Positions 13,670-28,033 of a DNA stretch of 64,000 bases are shown in pieces; positions within the stretch are counted from its first letter, which is position 1; every line of letters begins with the position of its first letter. Source of the stretch: Chiloscyllium plagiosum (Eukaryota); assembly GCF_004010195.1 (NCBI RefSeq), contig NC_057728.1, forward strand, positions 40,256,918 through 40,320,917, in the 5' to 3' direction. Position numbers and translations under genes: made by a program. Under the pieces are notes generated by a model. That model was not told the origin of the DNA and searched no databases. It saw only the letters and a program-made list of their open reading frames with translations.

Positions 13670-16306
13670 AATGAAGATGTTTCAGTAAGAACAGAGAAAA
13701 TGGTAAATGCGGGGGGAGGGGGGGAGCATAGTTAATCAAGGACAGTATTATGATGACAGAAGGGATGTTTGAGGACTCACCTACTGAGGTAGTATGGGCT
13801 GAGGTTAGAAACAGGAAAGGAGAGGTCACTCTGTTGGGAGTATTCTATAGGCCTCCAAATAGTTCCAGAGATGTAGAGGAAAGGATAACAAAGATAATTC
13901 TTGATAGAAGCGAGAGTGACAGGGTAGTTGTTATGGGTGACTTTAACTTTCCAAATATTGACTAGGAATACAATAGTTCAAGTACTTTAGATGGGTCAGT
14001 TTTTGTCCAATATGTGCAGGAAGGTTTCCTGACACAGTATGCGGACAGGCCAACAAGGGGCAAGGCCACATTGGATTTGGTACTGAGTAATGAAAACGGC
14101 CAAGTGCTAGATTTGGAGATAGGTGAACACTTTGGTGATAGTAACCACAATTTGGTTATATTTACTTCGGTGATGGAAAGGAATAGGTCTATAATGCAGG
14201 GCAAGAGTTAGAGCTGGGGAAATGGCAATTATAATGCAGTTAGGCAAGATTTAGGATGCAGAGGACAGGGAAGGAAACTGCAGGGCATTGAAATGCGGAG
14301 CTTATTCAAGGAACAGCTACTGTGTGTCCTCAGTGAGTATGTACCTGTCCGGCAGGGATGAAGTTGTTGAGCGAGGGAGCCATGGTTTACTAAAGAAGTT
14401 GAAGCTCTTGTCAAGAGGAAGAAGAAGGCTTATGTTAGGATGAGATATTAAGGCTCAGTTAGGGCGCATGAGAGTTACAATTTAGCCAGTAAAGACTTAA
14501 AGAGAGAGCTAAGAAGTGCCAGAAGGGCACATGAGAAATCATTGGTGGATAGGATCAGGGAAAACCCTAAGGTTTTCTATAGCTATGTCAAGAATAAAAG
14601 AATGACTGGAGTAAGATTAGGGCCAATCAAGGATAGTAGTGGGAAGTTGCGTGAGGAGATAGAGGAAGCGCTAAATGAATATTTTTCGTCAGTATTCATA
14701 CTGGAAAAAGACAATGTTGTCGAGGAGAATACTGAGATACAGGTTACTAGACTAGATGGGAGTGAGGTTCACAAGGAGGAGGTGTTAGCAATTCTGCAAA
14801 GTGTGAAAATAGATAAGTCCCCAGGGATTTATCCTAGGATTCTCTGGGAAGCCAGGTAGGAGATTGCCGAGCCTTTGGCATTGATCTTTATTTCATCTTT
14901 GACTACAGGAATAATGCCAGAAGACTGGAGGATAGCAAATGTTGTTCCCTTGTTCAAAAAGGGGAGTAGAGATAACCCTGGTAATTATAGCCTTACTTTG
15001 GTTGCGGGTAAAATGTTGGAAAAGGTTGAGATAGGATTTATGATCATCAAGAATGGAATAAATTAATTAGGGATTGTCAACACGGTTTTGTGAAAGGTAG
15101 GGCATACCTCACAAACTTCATTGAGTTCTTTGAGAAGGTGACCAAAATGTGGATGAGGGTGAAGTGGTTGATGTGGTGTATGTATTTTAGTAAGGTGTTT
15201 GATAAGGTTCCCCACAATAGGCTATTGCACAAAATACGGAGGCATGGGATTTAGTGTGATTTAGTGGTTTGGCTCAGAAATTGGCTAGCTGAGAGAAGAT
15301 AGGGGTGGTGGTTGATGGGAAATGTTCATCCTGGAGTTTAGTTATTAGTGGTGTACCGCAAGGATATGTTTTGGGGCCACTATTGTTTGTCATTTTCACA
15401 AATGACCTGAATGAGGGCGTAGAAGGATGGGTTAGTAAATTTGCAGCTGACACTAAGGTTGGTAGAGTTCTGGATAGTGTGGAAGAATGTTATAGGTTAC
15501 CGAGGGACATAGATAAGCTGCAGAGCTGGGCTAAAGGTGGCAAATAAAGTTTAATGAGGAAAAGTGTGAGGTGATTCACTTTGGAAGAAGTAGCAGGAAT
15601 GTGAGTATTGGCTTAATGGTAAGATTCTTGGTAATGTCGATGAACAGAGAGATCTCGGTGTCCATGTCAATAGATCCATGAAAGTTGCCACCCAGGTTGA
15701 TAGGGTTGTTAAGAAGGCATATGGTGCGTTAATTTTTATTAGTAGAGGGATTGAGTTTTGAAGCCAAGCTGTATAAAACTCTGGTGCAGCCGCACTTGGA
15801 GTATTGTGTACAGTTCTGGTCCCTGCATTATAGGAAGGATGTGGAAGCTTTGGAAAGGGTTAAGAGGAGATTTACTAGGATGTTGCCTGGTATAGAGGGA
15901 AGGTCTTACAAGGAAAAGCTGAGGGTCTTGAGGCTGTTTTCGTTAGAGAGAAGAAGATTGAGAGGTCACTTAATTCAGACATATAAGACAATCAGAGGGT
16001 TAGCTGGGTGGATATCACCCTCAAATGGTGACGGCTAACATGAGGGAACATAGCTTTAAATTAAGGGATGATAGATATAGGACAGATGTCAGAGGTAGTT
16101 TCTTTACTCAGAGAGTAGTAGGGGAGTGGAATGCTCTACTTGCAACAGTAGTAGACTCGCCAACTTTAAGGGCATTTAAATGGTCATTGGACAAACATAT
16201 GGATGAAAATAGAATAGTGTAGGTTAGATGGGCTTCAGATTGGTTTCACGGGTTGGCGCAACATTGAGGGCCGAAGGGCCTGTACTGCACTGTAATGTTC
16301 TATGTA
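13670..16306 (+). mobile_element. CR1 (HER1-like) LINE, 5'-truncated ORF2 (endonuclease + RT), multiply frameshifted
   Basis: GVFYRPPNS, VMGDFNFPNID, PTRGKATLDLVL, ENPKVFYSYV, GVPQGYVLGPLLF, HLEYCVQFWS, FFTQRVV; tail gggccgaagggcctgtactgcactgtaatgttctatg. Confidence 0.93.
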
Positions 16307-18454
16307 ACCTTTGCAGAAACACTCTGTTGCTGATTAATACAGTGACCATTCCTCTCATGCAAAAGAATAGCTCAAATGGATTTTATTTATTTAAGACATT
16401 ATATGGCAATTTGTTTTTTCAAATTATTTCTTACTAATGCTAGTGGTATATTTTTTCCACGTCTGAATGCTTTTTTGCTATCAAATTGCAATAGAAGTTA
16501 AAAATTGTCCATGATCAAAATGTCTTGAATATGACTTGTTGGATGGGCATAAAAGAATTCATTTTCATAGATAAAAACAGACTTAAAGACAGAATGTGGT
16601 GCAAATTCTGTGCTCACTGAGGATGCACTTGTTTCCATAAATTTCTACTTGTTTATGTTTCTTCGTTTTTGTTCCGGTATATGACAATGGAATACGGGGC
16701 ATTTTGGTATAAGTCAGCAAGTTCAGGGTCAAATTTCAGGGAATTTAGTTTATGAATTTTCATCAGAGACCTTTGAAACCAGTATATACAATACTATTGA
16801 TCCAGACCTAGACCAATCTGCCACAGAAACAAAATTTAGTTGTCCTCAATATTCGGGATGATGGATTATGGAGCTAAGGATGCCTTGTAAATGAGGTGTA
16901 TAAGGTCAAGGAGAAACTCTTCCCTGGTTGGAGTCACAGGGCAATTATCATAAATCCAGGAAATCACTGTTGCCTTGGAGCAATCTTCCTCAATTATTTT
17001 ATTAATATTCACTTTGATCAGAAATGGGGATACTTGTTAATTAGTTCCACTCAAGTTTCCTCTGAATATAATATTGTCTATGCCTGTCTACTGCAGAACC
17101 TAGATAACATCCAGACTTTGGTTAGGAAATGTTCTCAAAGAATTAATATTTATGGTATTTAAATTCACAACTGTGAGAAACATTTTAGAAAAGATAAGCA
17201 TGATGTGACAAAAGGCAAGTCAGAACTACAGTCAAATAAAATAGACAAGCAATGTTTCACAGGTAGAGGTAAGTAGTATTATTGATACATTGAATGGCAT
17301 GTTTGAACCACAGCCTACAGTTAAGTGACTATCAAGGAATCACACCTATGTAGCCCTCTGGCTTGTTCCTGTTTCGATAAATTTTCTGTAATGACTGGGC
17401 ATCCATCCAAGGAGCCGAATGAGAAACGGAGCCAATGAGTTTCAGTTGGGAGCCAAGCAGGATGATTTCAGTCTTAAACTGTAGAAGTTAGTGAAATTGA
17501 ATTGTTACTTATTACAGAGGACATAAGTTCTCCAGTTAATCTAGACATGAGATTGATGTGAAACCAGCAAACATCCTTCAAATAGTTTGCAATATAACAG
17601 TTCATAAGATGTCCTAAGCTACAAAAATACACCACCTTTGTTGAAGAGTAAAGGCTGTTATAAAATCCACATCCAAACTCCAAGGACAGCAGAACACCCT
17701 ATCTATTAAAATATCCTATGAAACATGTTAAATATACACAATTCCAACTTTATAAAATGATTAGAAAAAAAACAGGAACATGTTTTAATGACACAAATTG
17801 AAGAACATCACTATCTTTAACCGCCTGTAGGTCAGGGTCAGAATGTTGATGTCTTTATAGTTCATTTTCTGCTAAATCTCACTTTGCATATCAACAATGC
17901 TCACTGAAGAGCAAAAGCCAAACATTTTGTTGGTGAACACCTCCGGATGAATAATTTATTTCTGGAATTAACCCACTTTGCAAAACTGCACGTCAATTTA
18001 CTTTGTTAATAGGGGTACTGAGCAATATTTGCAGTCCTTTACCATTGTTACCAGTTCACTAAACTGGAAGTAACAGATGTTTTTTGAAACACAATGCTTT
18101 GTAAATACCTATGAAATTGAGATCAATAATAGTCTCAGATAAAAATAAATATATGAATGAAAGCACTTCAAAGTAAGGGCCAAATCCCAGAATTTCTTGA
18201 GTTTCCTTTTGTCTCAGTAAAAAGGAACATCAACTGACAGAGTGGTACAAGTTTATTAAGGGATTCATTGACCATTGTAGATCAAACATTATTACCTCAT
18301 TGGTACATTGCCACCTATCTTCCACATAAAGATAAGATAAAAATTTTAAATTGGCATCACTAATCCAATTTTGGAAATTAAAACTTAAGGGCTGCATGTA
18401 TGGCAGGTCATTAAATGTTAATAAATTAGTTATGAAAAATAAGAATAAATGTAT

Positions 18455-18772
18455 AGGGCAGCACTGCTGGCTTGCATTGCTGCCTCAAGGTGCCAGGGAC
18501 CTCAGCTTGATTCCAGCCTTAGGTGACTGGAGTTTGCACATTCTCCCCGTGTCTGCATGGGTTTCCTTTGCATACTCCGGTTTCCTTCCACATCCCAAAG
18601 ATGTGTAGGTTAAGCGGATTGGCCATGCTGCAAATTACCCAATAGGTTAGGTGGTATAATCTATTATAAATGCAGGGTTACAAGGTATTGGTGGGATGCA
18701 CTTTGGAAGGTCAGTGCAGACTTGATTGGCCAAATGGCTTCTATCCACACTGTTTGGATTCTACGATTCTAT
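18455..18772 (+). mobile_element. HE1-like SINE, diverged
   Basis: ggagtttgcacattctccccgtgtctgcatggg core; tail ccacactgtttggattctacgattctatg. Confidence 0.82.
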
Positions 18773-20419
18773 GGGAATGCACATCTGGGGTGTCACATAT
18801 TACTGGTGCACTGCAGTCAAATGCTGAGTAATAATGTGGCATCCTACACATTGTCACATATTACTCTGTCAAGAATCCCTTGTTGAGACATAATATGTTA
18901 ATATGTGACAATGGAACCTAATTCATTTCCACAGAATTTAACTGATTTATTGAAAAGAATAGATTCAGCATAATCACTTCAATACCACATTACCCAAAGG
19001 GTTTCAAGTATATAGAAAAACACTCCAGAGACAGAAAACATAACTTACAAATTATGATAAAAGAACACCCAAATCTTTCCTATTGTCATGCAGATCCACA
19101 ATTCTCAAGGCTGCCAAGAAATCTCCTACAGAACAAAAGATGATAGCTCTAACAGCCATGGTAGTCCCCACAGATGACCATAAGGAAGTAAGACCACAAC
19201 CTACTGTTTCACAAGAAGGAGAATGTCAACAATTCAGCAAACATACAAAATTCCTGTCTGACCAGTAGCAAAAGACAAACTGTGTGTGCACAGGATTCAA
19301 CCATGAAAACCTGAAACCAAGCAAAAGCTGTGAAACTGAAACTCAGAGGTCAAAATGGGTAATCAAATATAAAGGAATGGAATTCACATTCAACCCACAT
19401 CTGAGTTGGAAAAGTAGAAAACTTCTGATAAAGAAGGGAGGGTGTTAGAAATCTAAGAACTGAAGGCCAGTTAGCTCATCATCTGTTGTAGTAAGGGTAT
19501 TAGTTTTGATCATTAATAAGGTTATAACTGGACACTTGGAAAAACTCAAGGGAAATTGTATTAAATTAGTTTGCTTGAATTCTTTGAAAGAATGACATGT
19601 GCTGTGGATGAAGGGGACTCTGTTGATTATGTGCACTTGGATTTTTGGATGGCACCACATAAAAGATGTTTGCAAAAAAACAGGAATTTATGATGCAGAG
19701 GGTGGATAGAAGATCTCTGTCTGGCAGAAAAGCAAGAATTTGCATAAATAGCTAATTTTCAGATTGACAAGTGAGGTCCCACAGTGGTTTGTGCTAGGCT
19801 CACAACCTTTTATAATTTATATCAATAACTTGAATGAAGTGAACTAAAGGCATGGTGTCTCCATTTGCAGATGACACAGAGATGGGTAGTGCTGTGAACA
19901 TGACATAACATAGATGCAAACCAATATAGATAGGTGGAGTGAGTGGGCAAGTCATGCAGATAGAGTACAAAGTGGAAAACTGTGAAGCTGTTTATTTTCA
20001 CGGGGGGGGTAAAACAGCTGAATGTTATTTAAACATTCGGGAGGCACAGCTGAAATTCATCCCAAGGATGAAAAAGCATGATAAGGGAAGGATGAGGCAA
20101 CCCTGGCTGACAAGGGAAGTTATGGACAGCATAATAGCAAAAGAGAAAGCATGCAATATGGCGAAGACAGTAGGAAACCAGATGTATGGGAAGACTTTAA
20201 AAGCCAGCACAATGTAATTTAAAAAAGGTATAAGGTGGGTTGGGGAGTAGGAGCAGTTAGTGTAGAATCTAACTATTATTATAAAGAAAGATTACAAGAG
20301 ATGTTTAGTAATTTAAAAGACAACAGAGTGGCAAGAATGGACAATAGACCATTGGAAAATGAGGCTGGAGGTTGTAACGGGGAACAAATAAATGGTGGAA
20401 GAATTGAATAGGTACTTGA

Positions 20420-21040
20420 TGTTTGATTTATTTATTTATTGTCACATATATTTTATTATAAAGTACAATGAAAAGTGTTGTATAGTGTCGCCACTCTCCA
20501 GCACCATCTTAAAACACAGAAAAATAAACCTAAATATAGAATATAAAAGCAGAAAAATAAAGAAATAAAGAGAAAGTGTTCAACTTTACAGTCCTTCTTG
20601 TTAAGAGCTCCACCGTGAACCATCGGTCTGGAGGCCAGGTACGAGTCCTCTTCACTGCTCTGCTAGCACTGGAATGAAAATCACCAATTTTTGGTGCCAT
20701 CTTACCTCCACTGATGCTCCAGCCACTGAGTCCTCACTGGACCTCACGAATGGAGACGGAACTAGTACTGCTGGTTACTGCACCGGCCCAAACTTGACTC
20801 TGCCACTGCCATGAGTCTGCTTCGGGCCTACCGCGCCAATGTAACTGCTGCTGATGCTGTTAGGTCCCATAATGGGCAAAACCTGCCTCCACCACTGCCT
20901 CCATGAATCTGCATTGGACACAAATGTCACTGGGAACCCAACCTTGCCTCCGTCACAGAAGATATGAGTCAGTGCCAGGACTGCTTCTTCGATGCAGAAG
21001 CCGCCGTGAACCCAAACTCACATCCAAAGCCACAACTTTG
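20420..21040 (-). mobile_element. Unclassified short element with Rex1-type 3' tail, inserted in CR1
   Basis: Minus-strand end reads ttttcattgtact...tgtgacaataaataaataaa, like the tail at 58960-59005; GC-rich body. Confidence 0.5.
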
Positions 21041-21652
21041 CATTAGTTTTCACAGTGGAAGAGCCCAGCAGCATACCAGAACACCAGGAAAGTAGAGGGA
21101 CAGAGATGAGTGTAGTGGCCATCACTAAGGAGAAGGTGCTGGGGAAGCTGAAAGGTCTGAAAGTGGATAAATCATCTGGACCAAAGGGACTACAACTCCA
21201 AGTTCTGAAGGAGATAGCTGAGGAGATTGTGGAGGCATTGGTGGTAATCTTTCAGGAGTCACAGGAGTCAGGGAGAGTCCCAGAGTACTAGAAGATAATC
21301 TAACACTACTGTTTAAGAAGGGAGGGTCGCAGAAGACATGAAACTAGAGGCCAGTTAGCCTGACCATGGTTATTGGTAAGATTTTAGAGTCTGTTATTAT
21401 GGATGAGATTGCAGAATACTTGGAAGTTCATTGTAAAATAGGGCTGGGTCAGCCTCTTCCTAAAGGGAGGTCATGCCTTACAAATCTGTCCAAATTCTCT
21501 GAGGAATGACAAGCAAGGTCACCAAAGGGAAGTCAATGGACTTGATCTATTTGATTTCCAGAAGATCTTTGACAAGGTGCCACACAGGAGGCTGTTAAAT
21601 AATGTAAGAGCCCATGGTGATAGAGCAAAGGAATAGTATGGATAGAGAATTG

Positions 21653-21775
21653 CCTTTATTCCTGATGAAGGACTTTTGCCCAAAACGTCGATTTCGCTGC
21701 TCCTTGGATTCTGCCTGAACTGCACCACTAATCCAGAATCTGGTTTCCAGCATCTGCAGTCATTGTTTTTACCTA
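21653..21775 (+). mobile_element. Penelope-like 3' fragment with degenerate hammerhead (21662-21689)
   Basis: CTGATGAAGGACTTTTGCCCAAAACGTC plus PLE tail; AATTG repeated at both flanks. Confidence 0.8.
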
Positions 21776-22457
21776 ATTGACTGACTGGCAGCAGTGAGAG
21801 CAGAGATAAAGGGGTCTTTTTCAAATTGGCAGCTGATGATGAGTGGAATTCTATAGGGGTCAGTACTGGGACCATAATTATTCATGTTAAACATTAATGA
21901 TCTGAATGAAGGAACTGAGGGCTTTGTTATTAAGTTTGCAGATGACATCAAAATAGGCGGAGGGACAGGTAGTGCAGAGGAAGTGGGGAGGCTGCAGAAG
22001 TCTTGAAGAGGCTAGGAGGGTGGGCAAAGAACTGGCAGATAGCATACAAGGTGAGAAAGTGTGAGGTTATGTACTTTGATAGGGACAATAGAGGCATAGA
22101 TTATTTTCTAAATGGGTAATGGCTTTGGAAATCTAAAGCACAAAGGACTTGTGAGCCCCAGTTCATGATTCTCTTAAGGTTAACATGTAGGTTTAGTTGG
22201 CAGTTAGGAAAGTAAATGCAACATTAGCATTCATTTCAAGAGGGCTAGAATACAAGAGCAGGGATGTTCTGCTGAGGGTGTAAAAGGCCTTGGTCAGACT
22301 GTGTTTAGAATATTGTGAGCAATTTTTGGCCCCATATCTAAGGAAGGATATGCTGGCATTGGAAAGGGTCCAGAGGAGGCTTAGAAGAATGACCCTGGGG
22401 ATGAGGGCTATCAGATGAGGAACAGTTGAGGACTCTGGGTCTCTACTCAGTGGAGTT

Positions 22458-22625
22458 TATTTTTTCTCTATTCATTCAGGGGATGAGGGCATCACTGGCT
22501 AGGCCAGCATTTATTGCCCATCCCTAATTGGCCAGAGGGCAGTTAGGAATTAACCGCAATGCTGTGGGTCTGCAGTCACATGTAGACCAGACCAGGTAAG
22601 GATGGCATTTTCCTTCCCTAAAGGA
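22458..22625 (-). mobile_element. Second SINE family (MetaSINE/SlmI-like), 3' half
   Basis: Reverse complement of tttagggaaggaaaatgccatccttacctggtctggtctacatgtgactgcagaccc...attagggatgggcaataaatgctggcc. Confidence 0.75.
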
Positions 22626-23249
22626 TATCAGAAGGATGGGTTTAGAAGAATGAGAGCATATCTGATTGATACTTAAACAATGCTGAGAGACCTGGACATG
22701 GAGAAGATATTTTAACAAGTAGGACAGACTAGGACACAGCCTCAGAGTGAGAGGACAACCCTTTAGAACTGAGATAGGGAGGAATTTCTTCAGCAATTGG
22801 GTGATGAATCTGTGGAACTCATTGCTGCCAAGGGCTATGAAAGTCAAGTCATTGAGTGTATTTAAGACAGAGATAGGTTCTCAATTGGCAAGGGGCTCAA
22901 AGGTTACAGAGGAAAGGTGGTTGAGAAACACATCAGCCATGATCAAATGGTGGAGCAGGCTCAATGTGCTGAATGACCTAATTCTGCTCCTGGTCTTCTC
23001 AGCAGCCTTACCAAACAAGCTGTGCAATATTAGTTATGCCATAGGCAGTCCTGCCATAACTAGTCATGATGGAGGTGAACAACCAAACAACTCAATGGAG
23101 GAGAAAACTCCATAAATATCCCCATCTTCAATGATAGAGGATTCCAGCATATCAGTATAAAATATGAGGCTGAAGTATTTATAACAATCTTCAGCCAGTC
23201 GTGCCAAGCAGATGTCCTTCTCAGCCTCCTCCAGAGGTTCTCATCATAG

Positions 23250-23580
23250 GTCAGAGGTCAGAGAGCTAATAGACCCTTTGGTCCAACTCATCCATGCCGA
23301 CTAGGTTTCCTAAACTGAACTAGTCCTATTTGCCTGCGTAGGGCCCATATCCCTCTAAATCTTTCATATTCATGTAGCTGTACAAATGTCTTCTAAATAT
23401 TGTAATTGTACTTGCCTCTAACATTTCCTCTAGCAGCTTGTTCCATATAAGCACCACTCTCTGTGTGAAAAGGGCCCCTCAGGTCCCTTTTAAATCCTTT
23501 CCCTATCACCTTCAACATATGCCCTCAAATTTTGGACTCCCCTACCCTGGGGAAGCCATTTGACTCACTCCATGTGATAT
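23250..23580 (-). mobile_element. CR1 3' end nested in the LINE above
   Basis: Same 3' sequence as 8430-8712 and 51836-52366. Confidence 0.8.
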
Positions 23581-23921
23581 CAAGAAGCAGTTGGAGGCAG
23601 TGTATATTGCAAACAGGGTGGGCTCAGACAACAGTTTGAAGCTAGCTTTAAAGCCGTAAGCTCCAGAATTTGCATTCCTTCTAGCCAAGCTGTTCCAGTA
23701 CAGCTACAACACTGGCATCTATGGGACAAAGTAGAAAATTGCCTAGGCATGTCTTGTACACAAGAAACAAGACAAACCTGGCCAATTGCCACCCATCAGT
23801 TTACACTGGATCATCAGTAAAGTGATGCAAGGTGTCATCAGTAGGGCTATCAAGCAGTACCTTCTCAGAGTAACTTGCTGACTGATGCCCAGTTTGGGTT
23901 CTGCCAGGACCATTGACCTTA

Positions 23922-24285
23922 GTGGGGGAAGGTGATGGCCTGGTGGTATTATCACTAGACTGTTAATCCAGAGACCCAGAAAAATGTTCTGGGGACCTGG
24001 GTTTGAATCCTGCATGGCAGGTGGTGGAAGTTGAATTCAATAGAAAAGAATCTGGAATTAAGAGTCTAATGATGACCATGAACCTATTTCCAACTGTCGG
24101 AAAAGCCCAACTGGTTCACTGATGTCCTTTAAGGAAGAAAACTGCCATCCTTACCTGGTCTGGTCTGTGACTCCAGACCCACCAGCAATGTGGTTGTCTC
24201 TTAACTTCCCTCTGAGCAATTTGGGATTGACAATAAATGCTGGTCAAGCCAGTGACGCCCGTTTGTTGTGAATGAATAAAGAAAG
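23922..24285 (+). mobile_element. Full-length tRNA-headed SINE (MetaSINE/SlmI-like)
   Basis: A box tggcctggtgg, B box gggtttgaatcc, central ctggttcactgatgtcctttaaggaagaaaactgccatccttacctggtctgg, LINE-type tail; the family name is from recall. Confidence 0.78.
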
Positions 24286-26622
24286 GAATTACAGCTGTGG
24301 TTCAAACATGAACAAAAGAGCTGACAGAGGTGAAGTAAGAGTGACCACCTGTGACATCAAGGCCATATTAGATTGCGTATGACATTAATGAGCCTAGCAA
24401 AAGTGGAGTCAATGGGAACTGAGAGAAAACCTTCCATTGATTGATGTTATACCTGGCACAAAGGAAAACATTTGTGGTTGTTGGAGCTTAGTCCTTTCAA
24501 ATCCAGGACATCTCTCTAGGCACTCCGCAGGGTTATGTCTTAGGCCCAACAATTTTCAGCTGCTTCACCAGTGACTTTTCCTCTATTATATGGTCAGAAA
24601 TGGGGAATGCTCACTGATGATTGCACAATGTTCAGCATAATTTACAACCCCTCAGACATTGAAGCATTCCAAGTCCAATTCCATGTCCAGATTTAAACAT
24701 TGTCCAAGTTTGGGCTGACAAGTGGTGAATAAGAGTCATGGCGCACAAGTGCTAGGCATTGATCAACTGCAATAGGAAATAATCTAGCCACCACCAATTT
24801 GCATTTAATAAAATTACCATTGCTGAATAACCTGCTGCCAACATCCTAGGGGTAACCATTGACCAGAAACTGAACCGGGCTAATCACACAAAGACAGTGG
24901 CTGCAAGGACATGTTGGAGGCTAGGAATCCTGTAGTGAATAATTCACCTCCTGACTCCCCAAAGCCTGTCGACCATCTATAAGGCACAAGTCAGGGAGCG
25001 TGTTGGCATACTCCCCACTTGCCTGGATGAGTGCAGCACCAATAACATTCAAGAAGCTTGATATCATTCAGGACTAAGTAGCCTACTTGATTGGCACCAC
25101 ATCAAAAACAATCACTCCCTTCAACACCAATACTTACGAGCAGCAGTATGTACCATTTACAGGATGCATTGCAGAAAAACACTAAATCCCCTTAGAATTT
25201 CCAAACCCACAACTATTTCCATCTAGAAGGACAAGGTAGGTAGATTACAGCAGATACATGTTAACACCACCATCTAGAAGTTCTCCTCCAAGTCACTCAC
25301 CAACTTGATTTGGAAATATATCATAATCCTATCAGTGTTGTTGGGTCAAAATCTTGGAGGTCACTCCCTAAAGGCATTGAGGGTCTAATTACAGCACACG
25401 GATTGCAGCATTTCAAGAAGGCTGTTCACCATCACCTTCTCAAGGGTAATTAGGGATGGGTAATAAATGTTGTCCCAGGCAGCAATGCCTACATCCTATG
25501 ACTCCACCTAAAGACAAAGAGGATATGCAAACAATTATTAAATGAAAACGATACTAACAACACCAATACAAATTTGTATCTTTCTGTCTTTTCTCAGCTT
25601 TAACAGTATTTTTTTCCCTCAGTGATCTCAGGCTGAAGTTTCCCAGTTTCTGAATGATGTGGGCAATGGCGACATGTTTGGGAAAATCTAGTGAGAAAGA
25701 AAAACTAGGTCGAGAAAAATAGAGTTCCTGCTTTCCACATAAGGTTTTCACAGCTTTATAAAAATCTCACTAGTAAGTTGCAAGGATCTATTTTCATGCA
25801 TTGACATCTTAAAATGACTAACTTCCCCTAATTTACATGTAGGTTGCTATTTTCTCACAGGGCAGAGAGAAACTAGACGGCTGACAATTCCCAATTCTTC
25901 TCTGGCCTTCCACCTTGTTCAGAATTCACCAGTATCTCAGGACATGTTCCATGGACAGTGACTGGCTACAGCTTCCATCTCAAATAGTTTCATTAAGCAA
26001 AGGACCAGGATTGCCATAACATCATGGCACATTTCAAATTAACTTACCATACAATCCCAGTTTCAATAGTACAATTTGGAGATCACCAATACCTTACATT
26101 GCAGTGTTGCTGCCAGCTGCTTTGTGTAGAGATACAGGTACACATATCAAACCTCAGAACAGGATGCATCTCAGGGCTCCCAACTTGTTTTCTTAGCACT
26201 AACTCACTTTATATTTACTTGGATGCTGACAGCATCTCTGTCTTGCCTTGCTTTTTAGTGCAGACAGGGCAAAATCTTTTTTTTTGGATTAATTTATTTC
26301 AACCAAATAAAATTCTCTCTTTCTCTTTTGTTATGTTTAGTTAAAACAAAGAACAAAGAATAGTACAACACAGGAACAGGCCCTTCAGCCCATCAAGACT
26401 GCACCGACAGATAATGTCTTTCTAAACTAAAAGCCTTGTGCCTCTATTTGGTCTATATATCTCTATTCCCTGCCTACTCATATTTCTGTCAAGATGCCTC
26501 TTAAACATTGCTATTGAAACCACCTCCACACCCTCCTATGGCAGTGCATTCTAGGCATTTACCATCCTCTGTGCAAAAACATTGCTTCTCACATCTCCTT
26601 TAAACTTATCCCTTTTTACTGT

Positions 26623-27066
26623 GAGTGTATTGCTGGAAAAGCACAGCAGGTCAGGCAGCATTGGGGGAGCAGGAGAATCGATGTTTTGGGCTGGAGCCCT
26701 TCATCAGGAATGGGAGCCTCAGGGATGGAGAGATAAATGGGAGTGGAGTGCAGCTGGGGAGAAGGTAGCTGGGAGTGCAATAGGTGGATGGAGGTGGGGG
26801 CTAAGGTGATAGGTCGGAGAGGAGGGTGGAGCGGATAGGTGGGGAAGATCCTCCGCCTCAGGACCCTTCAACCCCAGGGCATCAATGTGGACTTCACCAG
26901 TTTCCTCATTTCCCCTCCCCCACCTCACCCCACTTCCAACCTTCCAGTTCAGCACCACCCTCATGACCTATCTCACCTGTCAATCTTCCTCCCCACCTGA
27001 CCTGCTGTGCTTTTCCAGCAACACACTCTCAACTCTGATCTCCGGCATCTGCAGGCCTCACTATCT
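26623..27066. mobile_element. Penelope-like fold-back insertion with 12-bp TSD
   Basis: TSD CCTTTTTACTGT at 26611-26622 and 27067-27078; left part minus strand, right part plus strand; hammerhead relic 26680-26707. Confidence 0.85.
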
Positions 27067-27902
27067 CCTTTTTACTGTAAACCTGTTTTCCCATAGAAAC
27101 TGACACTTCTACCCTGAGAAAAAGATTGACTATCCATTCTATCAGTGCCACTCCTCATTTTGGAAATTGCTATCATTTTGCCCCTCATCCTTTGACGTTC
27201 GAGTGAAAACAAACCAAACTTGTCCAATCTCTCATCTTAGCTAATACTTTCCAAACTAGTCGACTTTCTGGGAAATAATTTCTGTGCCCTCTTGACAGCC
27301 TCCACATCCTTCTGGCAGTGTGGTAACTAAAACTGTATGCAATATTCCATAAGTGGCTGAACTAAAGTTCTATACAACTGCAACATGACTTGCCAATTTT
27401 TATACTCTATGCCCTGACCGATGAAGGCAAGCATGCTAAATGCAACCTTTTGTGTTGTCTGCAAATCTACTAATCAGGCCACCAACATTCTCATAAACAT
27501 TATTTATATATATTACAAACAACAGGGGACCCAGAACTGATTCTTGCAGAACAGATCTCCAGTCAGAAAAACATCCTTCCACCATTACCCTATATCTTCT
27601 ATGACTCAGCCAGTTCTGTATCCAAATTATCAGCTCACCGCAAATCCCAAATGATTTCCCCTGTTATATCAACCTGATCTTGTCAAAAGCCTTACTAAAG
27701 TCCGTTTGGCCAACATCTACTGCTCTGCCGTCATCTATCATCTTTGTCATTTCCTCAAAAACCTCAATCAAATTTGTGAGACACAACCTTCTTTGCACAA
27801 AGCCATGCTGGCTATCACTAATAAGTCAATAGTTTTCTAAATATGAGTAAATGCTACCTCTAAGAAATTTCCTGACCATCGGCCTGTAATTTCCCAGATT
27901 AT

Positions 27903-28033
27903 TGGGAGAGAGTGAGCACTGCAGATGCCAGAGATCAGAGTTGAAGTGTGTGGTACTGGTAAAGCACAACCGGTTAGGCAGAATCTGAAGAGCAGGAGAA
28001 TTGACATTTTGAGCATTAGCTCTTTATCAGGAA
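27903..28033 (-). mobile_element. Penelope-like 3' fragment with 9-bp TSD
   Basis: CCAGATTAT at 27894-27902 and 28034-28042. Confidence 0.75.

Larger units (their letters stand above)
19440..22995 (+). mobile_element. Old CR1 RT relic (19440-20030) and a second CR1 ORF2 (20035-22995) carrying nested insertions
   Basis: QPWLTREV, LKVDKSSGPKG, tttgcagatgac (FADD), GRNFFSNWVMNLWNSL; interrupted at ~20420-21040, 21653-21775 and 22458-22625. Confidence 0.85.
23000..25505 (+). mobile_element. CR1/L2-group LINE relic (distinct family) sharing its tail with the MetaSINE-like element
   Basis: RT relic PQGYVLGPTIFSCF...LTDDCTMF at ~24523-24635; tail aattagggatgggtaataaatg at ~25447. Confidence 0.75.

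Noticed and set aside
17636..25690. Small exon candidates near 17636-17715(-), 19093-19186(+) and 25605-25687(-)
   Set aside because: Weak donors or unrecognised peptides; expected by chance.
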